Positions 9,865 to 18,882 are shown, numbered from the stretch's first letter. The stretch: 64,000 nt of DNA from an uncultured Candidatus Micrarchaeota archaeon (GCA_963714085.1 OY970229.1:546595-610594); one strand, 5' to 3'. Program-made: numbers and translations. The notes: generated by a model from the sequence alone, not told the origin.

Positions 9865-10452
9865 ATGATGCCTGATCAACCAGCCCCAGACAAGGCTTTG
9901 GGGGAGAAGGAGCGGTTCTGGCTCCAGAAATGCATAGAAGCATTCAGGGCCGAGGACTACGACACGCTCCTGAAGAACGCGCTGGAGCTGGAAAAGGCGG
10001 GCGGCGACCCGGCCACCTCCGCCATGTACACTGGCATCGCGTATTACCATAAGGGGATGTTCGCCGAAGCCAGGAAGACGTTCTATGCCATGTACCTCCG
10101 TCAGCTCACGAAGGAGAAACATGTGGACGCCAATGTCATGTTCTACCTGGCCATGTGCGACCTCTACCTGGAGCGGCTGGACAGCGCCATACAGATACTT
10201 AAGAAGCTGGAGAGCAAGTTCCCGGAGAACGTCGATTACAAGGTGATGCTGTACCTCGCTTTCTATATGAAAGGTGATCCGGAAGATGGGGATATGGAAC
10301 TCGCTGAGGCGTTCGCAATCAACCCAAAGAAAGCCGGGGAAACGCTGGAGGACATGATGCTCAAGGCCATGGAGAAGAGCGACCTCAGCGGCACCTCCAA
10401 GGTCATGATAATGCAACTGCTGATGAAGCTGAAGAGCGGCAAGCCGGATTAA
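9865..10452 (+). CDS. TPR protein
   Basis: Repeated helical TPR pattern (YTGIAYY..G.F.EA; YLAMC.L.L...D.A); start reset to ATG 9865. Confidence 0.8.
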   Translation: MMPDQPAPDKALGEKERFWLQKCIEAFRAEDYDTLLKNALELEKAGGDPATSAMYTGIAYYHKGMFAEARKTFYAMYLRQLTKEKHVDANVMFYLAMCDLYLERLDSAIQILKKLESKFPENVDYKVMLYLAFYMKGDPEDGDMELAEAFAINPKKAGETLEDMMLKAMEKSDLSGTSKVMIMQLLMKLKSGKPD

Positions 10453-11123
10453 TGTTTCATCGGCACCTGGGGCTCGGGCTTCACTTCACTGGCATTTTGC
10501 CGTATGGACTGCTCCGTGACCCGGTATAAATCCCTCTCTTTGGAACCGAGTCCGGTATCCTTCTGCAGCTGTTGCAGACGACCTATGAGCTCCGTGGCTT
10601 TGATCCCAGGGGCGATTATCGTCGAAAACGTCACACTGTCGTCTATCTTACCTTTCTTCGTGAGGAGTATGGTGTCCATGGTACCTATCAGGTATTTCCT
10701 GAATACCGGATCCTCATTAGCCAATTTTATCAGCACTGCAGAAGAATTCGCCAGTAGGTTCTGGTCGAAACTCTCCATGGCGGCCCGGCTGAAGAAGTAA
10801 TCCTTGAATTGTATCTGGAAATGGCCGAAGAATTCCTTGCCCGCCCTCATGTTCAGCTTCTCGTTTTCGCTGGCAGCCATGAATTTTTTGAGCGTGAACA
10901 GGCTTTCGCCGACCAGATTGAATACGACGGCCGCGTTTGTGGGGCCTGTCATGACCGTGGCCTGTTCGCTCTTGGCGAGCGAATTCGCCAGTTCCAGCTT
11001 CTCCAGCTTCGTGGGTGCAGACTTTATGGCACTCAGTCTGGATGCGATCTTCTTGAATTCGGCTTCTACCAGCCTCAGTTCAGCAGGAGTGTAATTTTTC
11101 TGGTTGTATTGGTTTTCTGGCAT
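10449..11123 (-). CDS. Orphan helical protein, 224 aa
   Basis: ORF 5 nt downstream of the 412-aa gene; atypical codon usage. Confidence 0.7.
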   Translation of the reverse strand: MPENQYNQKNYTPAELRLVEAEFKKIASRLSAIKSAPTKLEKLELANSLAKSEQATVMTGPTNAAVVFNLVGESLFTLKKFMAASENEKLNMRAGKEFFGHFQIQFKDYFFSRAAMESFDQNLLANSSAVLIKLANEDPVFRKYLIGTMDTILLTKKGKIDDSVTFSTIIAPGIKATELIGRLQQLQKDTGLGSKERDLYRVTEQSIRQNASEVKPEPQVPMKH

Positions 11124-11128
11124 AGCAA

Positions 11129-12367
11129 TCAGTCCTCGAGTGCAGAGCCACGTTCGTTCACATCGGATACTGCCAGGTTATGCGCCACCTTCAACGTCTT
11201 TGCGCCCATTTGCGCGGGCATCTCCACTGCCTCCACTGCGCGAACCGCGCTGGTGACGTTCCGGACCGCCATGACGCTCTCTTCGGCGGCCAATGCGGTT
11301 GTGCTCGCCATGGTCATAGCCGCGCCTGCCGCCGTAGCCTCGGTCGTTGCGACCGCCTTTGCGGCCCTAGCGGCGTGTTTGAGCTCTGTCAGCTCTTTCA
11401 GGGGTATGTGCGAAATCGAACCCAGTGCCGCGCCTATGAGTGCGGCTTTGCCTGCTTCGCCGAGATTTATAAGACGGCCTTCGCTTATGCCGACAACGGC
11501 AGCCTCGGCACCTATGGCGGTCAACGAACCTGCGGCTGTCGAAACGCCCACACCGGTACCGACCGAGGCGAGCGTTGCCGTAGCACCACCGGCAACGGCA
11601 GCCTCGGCACCTATGGCGGTCAACGAACCTGCGGCTGTCGAAACGCCCACACCGGTACCGACCGAGGCGAGCGTTGCCGTAGCACCCACTTTCGCTGCCA
11701 GCGCCTCCGCCAGCATCCCTCCTGCGCCCATGCCGACCACCGTGATGACTATTCCTGCAGTCACTGCGGCTCCATTCTTGCACTCTTGCCATGCCCGTTG
11801 GTCGGACCTGCCAATAGCGCCCGCCATCTCGGTATATGCTACTTTGTTCTCCAGGTTCAGGCTCACGACGCTGGAAAGGTCGGTGTAGACCCTTTCGACA
11901 TAGGCGCTCTTTTTTCCGCCCAGCTGCTCGTCGCTCTGCCTGGCCAGCACGCCCGCATGGGTTGCAGCGTCCCTGAGGAGCCCGAGCGCCTTCTCGTAAT
12001 TGTCAGATATCTTGACGGCGTTGTCGCTCATGACCTGGGAATCCTTGCCTAGTTGGCTCATGTAAGCGCTGCCGAATACCGAACTGAGCACCCCAGCACG
12101 GGAATGTTTGTCCCGGGTGGATTCCAGGTATGACACTTGGGCTTCGAGCGATGCGGAGAAATTTTTGGCCATCTGCTGCGTGAACTCCGCTGGGTTCTTG
12201 GTCACGAATGCTTTCGCCGCATCGAGCGATTGCTGCGCCTTGGCCTCGTTGCCGAGGTGCTGGTCCTGTTGTATGCGCGCCAGGTTCGAGGTGAGCTCCC
12301 GCTGCGCAGGACTGAGCTTTTGCAAGTCGATCGCAGAAGGGGCCTGCTCCATTTGCTTCAATGCCAT
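11129..12367 (-). CDS. Orphan with helical N-domain and Gly/Ala-zipper hydrophobic region
   Basis: 412-aa ORF; long GxxxG/AxxxA-rich hydrophobic stretch with a duplicated 33-aa unit. Confidence 0.75.
   Translation of the reverse strand: MALKQMEQAPSAIDLQKLSPAQRELTSNLARIQQDQHLGNEAKAQQSLDAAKAFVTKNPAEFTQQMAKNFSASLEAQVSYLESTRDKHSRAGVLSSVFGSAYMSQLGKDSQVMSDNAVKISDNYEKALGLLRDAATHAGVLARQSDEQLGGKKSAYVERVYTDLSSVVSLNLENKVAYTEMAGAIGRSDQRAWQECKNGAAVTAGIVITVVGMGAGGMLAEALAAKVGATATLASVGTGVGVSTAAGSLTAIGAEAAVAGGATATLASVGTGVGVSTAAGSLTAIGAEAAVVGISEGRLINLGEAGKAALIGAALGSISHIPLKELTELKHAARAAKAVATTEATAAGAAMTMASTTALAAEESVMAVRNVTSAVRAVEAVEMPAQMGAKTLKVAHNLAVSDVNERGSALED
11494..11686. repeat. Perfect 94-bp direct repeat, period 99 bp (in-frame tandem duplication)
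   Basis: 11494-11587 is identical to 11593-11686. Confidence 0.95.
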
Positions 12368-12400
12368 GGAGTTCTTTTTGTGCGCAACTTATTTTAATCC

Positions 12401-13921
12401 CTACAGGAGGTCCTTCTTCACCCTTTGCACTCCCAATGCGAAAAGCAGCTTGCCGAGGCGCGGGCCGCGCTCCTTGCCCAGCAGCGCGCGGTAGAGCTCG
12501 GCGAAGAGCGCCTTGGGCTCGATGTTGCCCGCTTTCGCGAAATCGAACACCGCGTTGTGTATCGCGAGCGCGTCCATCCCGTCATCCAGGCTGGAAAGGA
12601 GCTTCTTGACGTTCTCGCTGGCTGGCATGGCACCGGGCTGGTACTTGAAGCGGTAGTCCTCGGGCATGAAATCCCTGGCCACCCACTCCTCGATGTAGGG
12701 CCGCAGGTAGGCGGTTCCGGCCGGGTCTTGGGTCAGTCCCGCGACCTTGCCCCAGTCACCGTATATCTGGTAGTACAGCAGGACGTCCAGGAACGGCACT
12801 TTCCAGTTCAGCCTTTCTGCGGACAGCTCGAAGGCGATCTCCATCTTCCTCTCGTGCCTGCTCAGCTCGGCACCCTTGCCTGATAGCTGCGAGGCGAGCT
12901 GGAAGTCCTCCATGGTCTTGAGCAGGTTCTCGGGTGTCGGATTGATGTCCACGTTCTCCTCGAGGTCCGGTTTCACGAGGATGTATTCCAGTATCTCGGG
13001 CGGCACCAGCTTCACGAGGTCGGAGACCCCCATCCCTATGCCTTTTGATTTCGAATATTTCTTTCCCTGGAACAGGATGAAGCCGTACTTGAACGGGATA
13101 TGATAATCCGCCTTCATGAGCTCCAGCGTTATGGCCTTGCAGGTGTCCTCAGAGCCGCCTTTGGTGTGGTGGTCCATGCCGGCCCCTTCGATGCTGGTGT
13201 GGAATATCTGCTTCTTTGTCGGCCAGTCCAGGCGCCAGGTGAGCTTGTACTTATGGTCCGAGAGGCGGTTCTTGCCGTGGTGGCCGCAACCTTTCGTGTA
13301 CTTCACATCCTTGTCGCAGACGTATTCGTAGGAGTCTTCGGTGTGGCCCGTGACCCTTGTCGTAGCGACCCTGCCGCAGTTCCCGCAGATGGGCATTATG
13401 GGGGACCAGTCCTTCTTCTCCTGCTTGCCGCTGGACTCCTCCACGATTCTCTTCGTCTCCGCCTCGTGCAAGAGATAGAAGCGCGCCCATTCGTCGAATT
13501 TCCCTTCGGAATACAGCTCGTTGACCCTCAGCACCGTGGCTTTGACTCCGAAAAGGGCCATGAGACCGCGCACTTCGTCAAGGAAATGATCCCCGAAACT
13601 CCTGCTCTTTCCGGTCGGGTCCGGCACGTCGCACAATGGTTTCCCGAGATGCGGCTCAAGCTGGGTTTTGTATTGCTCGAGGGGAAGGGGGACGGAGTCG
13701 AACGCGTCGTGGATGTCCGCGAGGAAATAGAACGTGGCCTTCTTGCCGCGCTTCTCGAGCTGCCTCCGTATGCAATCCGGGAACAGGAATTCGCACAACG
13801 TCCCCAGGTGCGCCGGGCCGGACGTGGTTATGCCTCCTGTGATGACGTAGGGCTCCTTCTTCTCGCTTATCACGCGCTCGGCTAGCCACTCGGACCAGTG
13901 CTTGTGCTCGGCTTTCTCCAT
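12401..13921 (-). CDS. lysS: Class I lysyl-tRNA synthetase
   Basis: HW start, GITTSGPAHLG (HIGH-like), Zn motif CGNCG, KLTWRLDWP, KYSKSKG (KMSKS), GPRLG. Confidence 0.96.
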   Translation of the reverse strand: MEKAEHKHWSEWLAERVISEKKEPYVITGGITTSGPAHLGTLCEFLFPDCIRRQLEKRGKKATFYFLADIHDAFDSVPLPLEQYKTQLEPHLGKPLCDVPDPTGKSRSFGDHFLDEVRGLMALFGVKATVLRVNELYSEGKFDEWARFYLLHEAETKRIVEESSGKQEKKDWSPIMPICGNCGRVATTRVTGHTEDSYEYVCDKDVKYTKGCGHHGKNRLSDHKYKLTWRLDWPTKKQIFHTSIEGAGMDHHTKGGSEDTCKAITLELMKADYHIPFKYGFILFQGKKYSKSKGIGMGVSDLVKLVPPEILEYILVKPDLEENVDINPTPENLLKTMEDFQLASQLSGKGAELSRHERKMEIAFELSAERLNWKVPFLDVLLYYQIYGDWGKVAGLTQDPAGTAYLRPYIEEWVARDFMPEDYRFKYQPGAMPASENVKKLLSSLDDGMDALAIHNAVFDFAKAGNIEPKALFAELYRALLGKERGPRLGKLLFALGVQRVKKDLL

Positions 13922-13966
13922 GGGGGAAGTATGGAAAAGAAGGTTTTTAGCCATTCGTTAAGCGGG

Positions 13967-15031
13967 CTACTTCTTCCGAAGCTCGTTCCAGAACGAGTAG
14001 GCGTAGGGCAATATGAAGGTGTTGGAGGTCGATGCGTCGAGGACTGTTATCAGCGTCCTGACCAGCGCGCTTATGCATGTTATGATTAGGGCGGCCAGCG
14101 GTGACATGAATGACGCGCCCAACCCGAAGATCTGGAATATGATGTCGATGACGAACATCACCACGAGGAAGGGTATCGCTATGGCTATGTAGCTCAATAT
14201 GCTTATGACGTCGTACACGATCACGCCGAAGAGATTATCCTTCACCAGCGAGATTGAGGCCCCCAGCGCCTCATATGCCTGCTTCTCCCCGACCGTGAGC
14301 TCCCAGCGCCAGAACTGGGAGATGAACACATACACCAGCATGAACGCCACGGCGTATATCAGGAACAGCATCATGGCGATGACGAACAGGCCAGGGTGGC
14401 CGGTTAGCAGGAAGACCAGGAGCAGCGGGACGCCCAGGAAAATCGCCATCACGACGAAGTTCAGCAGGATGTATCCCAGCATCCTGGACCTGATCTTCCC
14501 GAAAAGTGGCCAGATGCCTGAGTACGCGCCTTCGAACTGCTCCTTGACGATCGGTGAGGTGGTGAACGATATAGAGGTGATGACCCAGCTTATGGCCAGC
14601 TCGGCTAGCAGGGACCAGACTGCGAGTAGAGCGAGCAACAGCTTGTCGGCCAGGACATAAGCCACCAATGCATTGATGGAGCTGAATGGCGCACCGGCCG
14701 CGACCAGGATGCAAATCGTGATTATTGCGAAGATGATCCACATCACGAGGCCCACGAGGAAGCCAGCGAGCTCCACCTTAAGCATCTTGGTGAACAGGCT
14801 TTGGAAATTCGCCCTGATGAAATCAAATGTAGGGCCGATGAGCTTGATGGCGGTGTCCACCGTATCCTTGGGCTGGGCTGGCTGCGCGCTTTTAACGCCC
14901 GGATTGGTTGGCGGGGCGGCTACCGTGCTTTTCATGTCCGGTTTGCCCTGGGCTGACTGAGCGCTTTTCATTCCCACATCGTCCGGCTTGGCCGGCAGGA
15001 CGGCTTGCTTGCTTTTCTTGGCAGGTGGCAT
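13967..15031 (-). CDS. Multi-pass membrane protein with repetitive Pro/Lys N-terminal tail
   Basis: About six hydrophobic segments; N-terminal KSAQ.AQ.K repeats. Confidence 0.75.
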   Translation of the reverse strand: MPPAKKSKQAVLPAKPDDVGMKSAQSAQGKPDMKSTVAAPPTNPGVKSAQPAQPKDTVDTAIKLIGPTFDFIRANFQSLFTKMLKVELAGFLVGLVMWIIFAIITICILVAAGAPFSSINALVAYVLADKLLLALLAVWSLLAELAISWVITSISFTTSPIVKEQFEGAYSGIWPLFGKIRSRMLGYILLNFVVMAIFLGVPLLLVFLLTGHPGLFVIAMMLFLIYAVAFMLVYVFISQFWRWELTVGEKQAYEALGASISLVKDNLFGVIVYDVISILSYIAIAIPFLVVMFVIDIIFQIFGLGASFMSPLAALIITCISALVRTLITVLDASTSNTFILPYAYSFWNELRKK

Positions 15032-15065
15032 GATTTATACATCTCCAGCAGACTTTAAAATAAAA

Positions 15066-15176
15066 CGCCCCCATCGGGATTTGCAGCCCTGCTGGGATCC
15101 TGCCAGCCTCAGGGCTTTTGAACCCGAACCAAAGCCTTCGGAGGGCCGTGTCTTATCCAGGTTTGACTATGGGGGC
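15066..15176 (-). tRNA. tRNA-Arg(CCG) with a 37-nt intron in the T-loop (59/60)
   Basis: Acceptor GCCCCCA/TGGGGGC, anticodon loop CTCCGAA, T-stem TCGGG/CCCGA; removing 15080-15116 restores TTCAAAT. Confidence 0.88.
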
Positions 15177-15262
15177 GTTGCTCTACTCTTGCTGGGCTCT
15201 CATTAAAAGATTATTCGTTGGCTTCCGCTATCTTTATATTCCTTTTATGGGTTAGCAGGATT

Positions 15263-15916
15263 GTGAGAAACGCACTCTTCGCCCTGGCCATCGTGGTGCT
15301 GGTCCTATGCGCCGGCTGCGTCCAGCCCCAGGGCCCGGTTAGCCTCAATCCAGTGGAAGTGAACAACTACAGCGGTCAGAAGCTCTCCTCCGCGAGCGAC
15401 TTCGTTGACACCTCCATCAACGGCACGCAGTACATAAACATAAGCACCTACCGGCTGAGCATAACCGGGCTTGTTGACGACCCGAAGGAATACACCTACG
15501 ACCAGGTGATCAACGACCACCAGAGCTACCAGAAGGTCGTGACCCTGAACTGCGTCGAAGGGTGGAGTGCGACCATACTCTGGGAGGGGGTGCTTGTCAG
15601 GGACCTCCTGAACGAGGCTGGCCCCAAACCAGGTGCCACGACCGTGATATTCAAGGGGTCCGACGGCTATACGAGCGAGTTCCCCATAAGCTATTTCTAT
15701 GACAACGACATACTGATGGCTTACAAGCTGAATAACGCCACCCTCCCTGCAGCGGAGGGCTACCCGTTCATCCTCGTGGCAGAGAACAAATGGGGGTACA
15801 AATGGGTGGAGTGGATCACCGAGATAAACGTTTCCAATGATACGAATTACGAGGGCTACTGGGAGAGCAGGGGCTATTCCGACACCGGTGACCTGAACCA
15901 GAGCTCCATAAAATGA
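15263..15916 (+). CDS. Sulfite-oxidase-family molybdopterin-dependent oxidoreductase (MsrP/YuiH-like), lipoprotein
   Basis: L.ITGLV, LNCVEGWS, WEGV, DGY, GYPFILV, GYKWVEWI, GYWESRGY; lipobox LCAGC; GTG start inferred. Confidence 0.88.
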   Translation: MRNALFALAIVVLVLCAGCVQPQGPVSLNPVEVNNYSGQKLSSASDFVDTSINGTQYINISTYRLSITGLVDDPKEYTYDQVINDHQSYQKVVTLNCVEGWSATILWEGVLVRDLLNEAGPKPGATTVIFKGSDGYTSEFPISYFYDNDILMAYKLNNATLPAAEGYPFILVAENKWGYKWVEWITEINVSNDTNYEGYWESRGYSDTGDLNQSSIK

Positions 15917-15923
15917 TGATTGC

Positions 15924-16169
15924 ATGGAGATGCCGGACAAGGAGACGCTGAGGCTGGCGGTGCATTACCTTTTCGCGCTGGTCACGCTCATGATGCTGGT
16001 CAGCGGACTGGGCATAATATACTATCAGACAGTGCAGACCCTGACCTTCGGGCTCCTCACGAAGGCGGTCTCGTTCCAGCTCCACATCGCGCTGGTGATC
16101 CCGTTCGTGGTTCTGCTGGCGCTGCATGTATACCTGGTCCTGACGGTAAGGAGAGATAAGAAAAAATAA
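15924..16169 (+). CDS. Small two-TM protein with His residues (cytochrome-b-like partner)
   Basis: VHYLF..., SG, LHIAL...LALHV pattern; 7 nt after the oxidoreductase. Confidence 0.65.
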   Translation: MEMPDKETLRLAVHYLFALVTLMMLVSGLGIIYYQTVQTLTFGLLTKAVSFQLHIALVIPFVVLLALHVYLVLTVRRDKKK

Positions 16170-16174
16170 GCGCT

Positions 16175-16783
16175 TTATCTGGCGCTCCTGGCCATGCGCT
16201 CGGTCTCATCGCGCTTCTTTATGGCGTAGGATGCCTGCACGTCGCCCTTGGCGGTGTTGATTATCTCGCTCGCCAAAGACTGTGAGAGCGACTTAGGCTT
16301 GTTGAAGGAGCCCATGAGCGCAGCGAGCGCCATGTTCCTGAGGGCCATGTCGAGCCTCCTGGTTGCGGAGATATCCACCGCGACCTGGTAGCTCACCCCT
16401 CCGTAGGAGACACGCGTGGTGTCCTCCCTGGGCGCGGAGTTCTCCACAGCCCTTATGAGCGCCTGGACAGGGTTGCCCTTGGTCTCGGCTGCGACTATTC
16501 CCAGCGCCTCGTCCACGATCCTGAGGCTGCGCAGCTTCTTGCCCTGCATCTGCCCCTTGGTCCTGATGACCTTGCCCGAGGTCTTCGCGCCTGTGCCGCC
16601 CCTCATGAGCTTGTTTGCGAGCCGTTCCACGATGTTGATCTGCGTCTTGCCCATGTAGCGCTTGGCGTTCCTTCCGAACGTATGGGGCACGACTATGGGC
16701 TTGAGCGATATCGCCTGGGCGATGCTCTTGTCCCTGATCTCCAGGTCATCCATGGAATATTTACCGAAAAGCTTGTCAGTCAT
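16175..16783 (-). CDS. rps7: 30S ribosomal protein uS7
   Basis: IVERLANKLM, NPVQ..RAVENSAPRE, AVDIS..RR, KKRDETERMARSAR. Confidence 0.97.
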   Translation of the reverse strand: MTDKLFGKYSMDDLEIRDKSIAQAISLKPIVVPHTFGRNAKRYMGKTQINIVERLANKLMRGGTGAKTSGKVIRTKGQMQGKKLRSLRIVDEALGIVAAETKGNPVQALIRAVENSAPREDTTRVSYGGVSYQVAVDISATRRLDMALRNMALAALMGSFNKPKSLSQSLASEIINTAKGDVQASYAIKKRDETERMARSAR

Positions 16784-16787
16784 GCGA

Positions 16788-17225
16788 TCATCTCTTGGGC
16801 TTCTCCTTCTTGCCGTGCCTGAGGCTCTGGAGGTCTGCCGAGTTCACGGACACTATCTTGTAGCGGACACCTGGTATGGAACCCATCTGCCCCCTCTGGG
16901 AACCGCCGAGCCCCGCGATCAGGATCTCGTCGTGCTCATCCACGAAGCTTATGGCCTTGTCCCTCACCGCGTGGGCGCTCACGACCTTGCCGTTCTTTAT
17001 GAGCTGGCATTTGACACATTTGATGAGGCCGGAGTGGGGTTGCTTCTGCTCCAGGACGATCTTCTCGAGCACGATGGCCCTCGCCTGGGGCGCGCCCTCG
17101 AGCGGGTCGTACCTCTCCTTTAAGCGGAGGGTCTTTCTCTTGAACTTCTTGCTGAGCCAGCGCCTGCTCCTGCGGCTCCTGACCAGATTCCGGCCTGCGA
17201 ATTCTCCATTCCTTCCTCTTGACAT
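16788..17225 (-). CDS. rps12: 30S ribosomal protein uS12 (divergent)
   Basis: DPLEGAPQAR, KQP..., QLIKNGK, DEHDE, IPGVRYK, GKKEKP; directly upstream of rps7. Confidence 0.95.
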   Translation of the reverse strand: MSRGRNGEFAGRNLVRSRRSRRWLSKKFKRKTLRLKERYDPLEGAPQARAIVLEKIVLEQKQPHSGLIKCVKCQLIKNGKVVSAHAVRDKAISFVDEHDEILIAGLGGSQRGQMGSIPGVRYKIVSVNSADLQSLRHGKKEKPKR

Positions 17226-17318
17226 TGATACACCTGATTAATCATCGAATATAAAAGATTCGAAGTTATGCATTTCTACTGGCAAGGGTTTAAAAACATT
17301 AATACACGAGGGAAACGC

Positions 17319-18194
17319 ATGGGAAAAAGGAAGGAAGCCGTGATATACGCCTACGACAACGAGCTGCTGCAGATAAGGCCGATGTTCGAGGGCCAGACCG
17401 TGAACAAGGAGGAGGCCCTCGCCGCGTTCATGTCCCACCCCCTCATGCTAGAGGGCCCAAAGGAGACGTCGAAGGGCGAGGCCGAGGTGCTCGCCGAGGC
17501 CAAGAGGACGGACGAGAACAAGACCAGCAATCTAAAGGGCGACGAAGGCTCGAGCAGGACCTATTCGCTGACATACTTCAACCCTGAGACCGAGAAGGCG
17601 GAGGTCATAGATGCGAAGGTGGACATAAAGATATCGGACTATTCCACCAGGATGATAGAGGAATCCGTGGGGGTCGGGTCCGTCTATCCCTTATACGCGT
17701 TCATAGCCACGCCCATGATAAGGACCGAGGTCGTGCCGTGGCGCCTCAAGGAGATACTCGACGAGAGGGAGTACGCGACCCCGCCGCCTTCAAGCGGCGC
17801 TTCCGCGGTCAGGGTGCCGGACACCGGCAAGCAGGAGGAGATAGTAGCCCTCACCAAGCAGGAGGCCGCGGCGCGGGACGCGGTCGTGGAATCCCTTGTG
17901 CGCAAGGAGAACAGCGAGAAGAGGCTCGACTCCGAGATCGTGGTCTTCGAGAACGTTGTCGCCGCCATAAGGGCGGGCGCGGACCCGGGAAGCGCGGTCG
18001 ACAAGCTGCCCCCGCTCAGCAGGGCGAGATACCTGGCCGTGCTGAGAAAGAAGCGCCTGGAGAAAAAGGCCGTCATCTCGCTCCTCACCAGGGACCTGCG
18101 GCTGCTCAAGTCCATAAGAAAGAAGCTCGAGACCCTGACAGTGGACGGCCTGCTGGGGCTCGTGAAGGCGATGAAGAGGATAAAAAAACAGTGA
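17319..18194 (+). CDS. Hypothetical protein with basic helical C-terminus
   Basis: Strong host codon usage; TTTAAAA box upstream of ATG 17319. Confidence 0.75.
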   Translation: MGKRKEAVIYAYDNELLQIRPMFEGQTVNKEEALAAFMSHPLMLEGPKETSKGEAEVLAEAKRTDENKTSNLKGDEGSSRTYSLTYFNPETEKAEVIDAKVDIKISDYSTRMIEESVGVGSVYPLYAFIATPMIRTEVVPWRLKEILDEREYATPPPSSGASAVRVPDTGKQEEIVALTKQEAAARDAVVESLVRKENSEKRLDSEIVVFENVVAAIRAGADPGSAVDKLPPLSRARYLAVLRKKRLEKKAVISLLTRDLRLLKSIRKKLETLTVDGLLGLVKAMKRIKKQ

Positions 18195-18196
18195 CG

Positions 18197-18349
18197 CTAC
18201 TTCTTGGCGCGGATGTCCTTGCGCTTCGGCCTGAGGAAGACGGAACCGCACTTCCTGCACTTAGGCACGCCCTTCTTGTTCCTGGTCTTGCATCTCCTGC
18301 ATATGGAAATCTTTGCGATCATTGCGTCTGCTTCTGGAAATTTGCCCAT
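18197..18349 (-). CDS. rpl40e: 50S ribosomal protein eL40 (absent from ORF track)
   Basis: Manual translation MGKFPEADAMIAKISICRRCKTRNKKGVPKCRKCGSVFLRPKRKDIRAKK. Confidence 0.95.
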   Translation of the reverse strand: MGKFPEADAMIAKISICRRCKTRNKKGVPKCRKCGSVFLRPKRKDIRAKK

Positions 18350-18462
18350 GGAATAACACCTGATGAGAATGTCATTGGGATATTGGATGCCATACTTTTA
18401 TAAACATAAGGACGACGGCTGCCGGACCAATGATTTTAATTTGCACCGGGTTAAGCATTGTC

Positions 18463-18882
18463 ATGCCGCAGGAAAGCTCGTCTGGAGCCGTGGTGTTCAG
18501 GGAAGAGGGTGGCAGGCGCCTTTACCTCCTGCTCCACTACGAGGCCAAGCACTGGGACTTCCCCAAGGGCCATGTGGAGAAAGGCGAGAACGAGGAGCAG
18601 ACCGCGAGGCGCGAGTGCGAGGAGGAGACAGGCATAAACGATTTGACGCTGGTTCCGGGATTTCGCGAGATTATAGAGTATTTCTACAAAAGCAAGGGCA
18701 AGACCATGCATAAGCAGGTGGTCTTCCTGCTCGCCAGGACCCGGAAGAAAGAGGTTACGCTCTCCTTCGAGCATATCGGCTTCGAGTGGCTTCCCTACAA
18801 GGATGCGCTCGAGCGCCTGACCTTCGATAACGCGAAAAACGTGCTTCGCAAGGCGGAATCCTTCTTGGTGAATTCCTCATGA
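18463..18882 (+). CDS. NUDIX hydrolase, Ap4A-hydrolase-like
   Basis: SSGAVVFR, HWDFPKGHVEKGE...TARRECEEETG, LSFEH. Confidence 0.92.
   Translation: MPQESSSGAVVFREEGGRRLYLLLHYEAKHWDFPKGHVEKGENEEQTARRECEEETGINDLTLVPGFREIIEYFYKSKGKTMHKQVVFLLARTRKKEVTLSFEHIGFEWLPYKDALERLTFDNAKNVLRKAESFLVNSS

Noticed and set aside
11123-11131. Read-through or split gene joining the 412-aa and 224-aa orphans
   Set aside because: Different frames, and the second ORF has its own GAGG and ATG.
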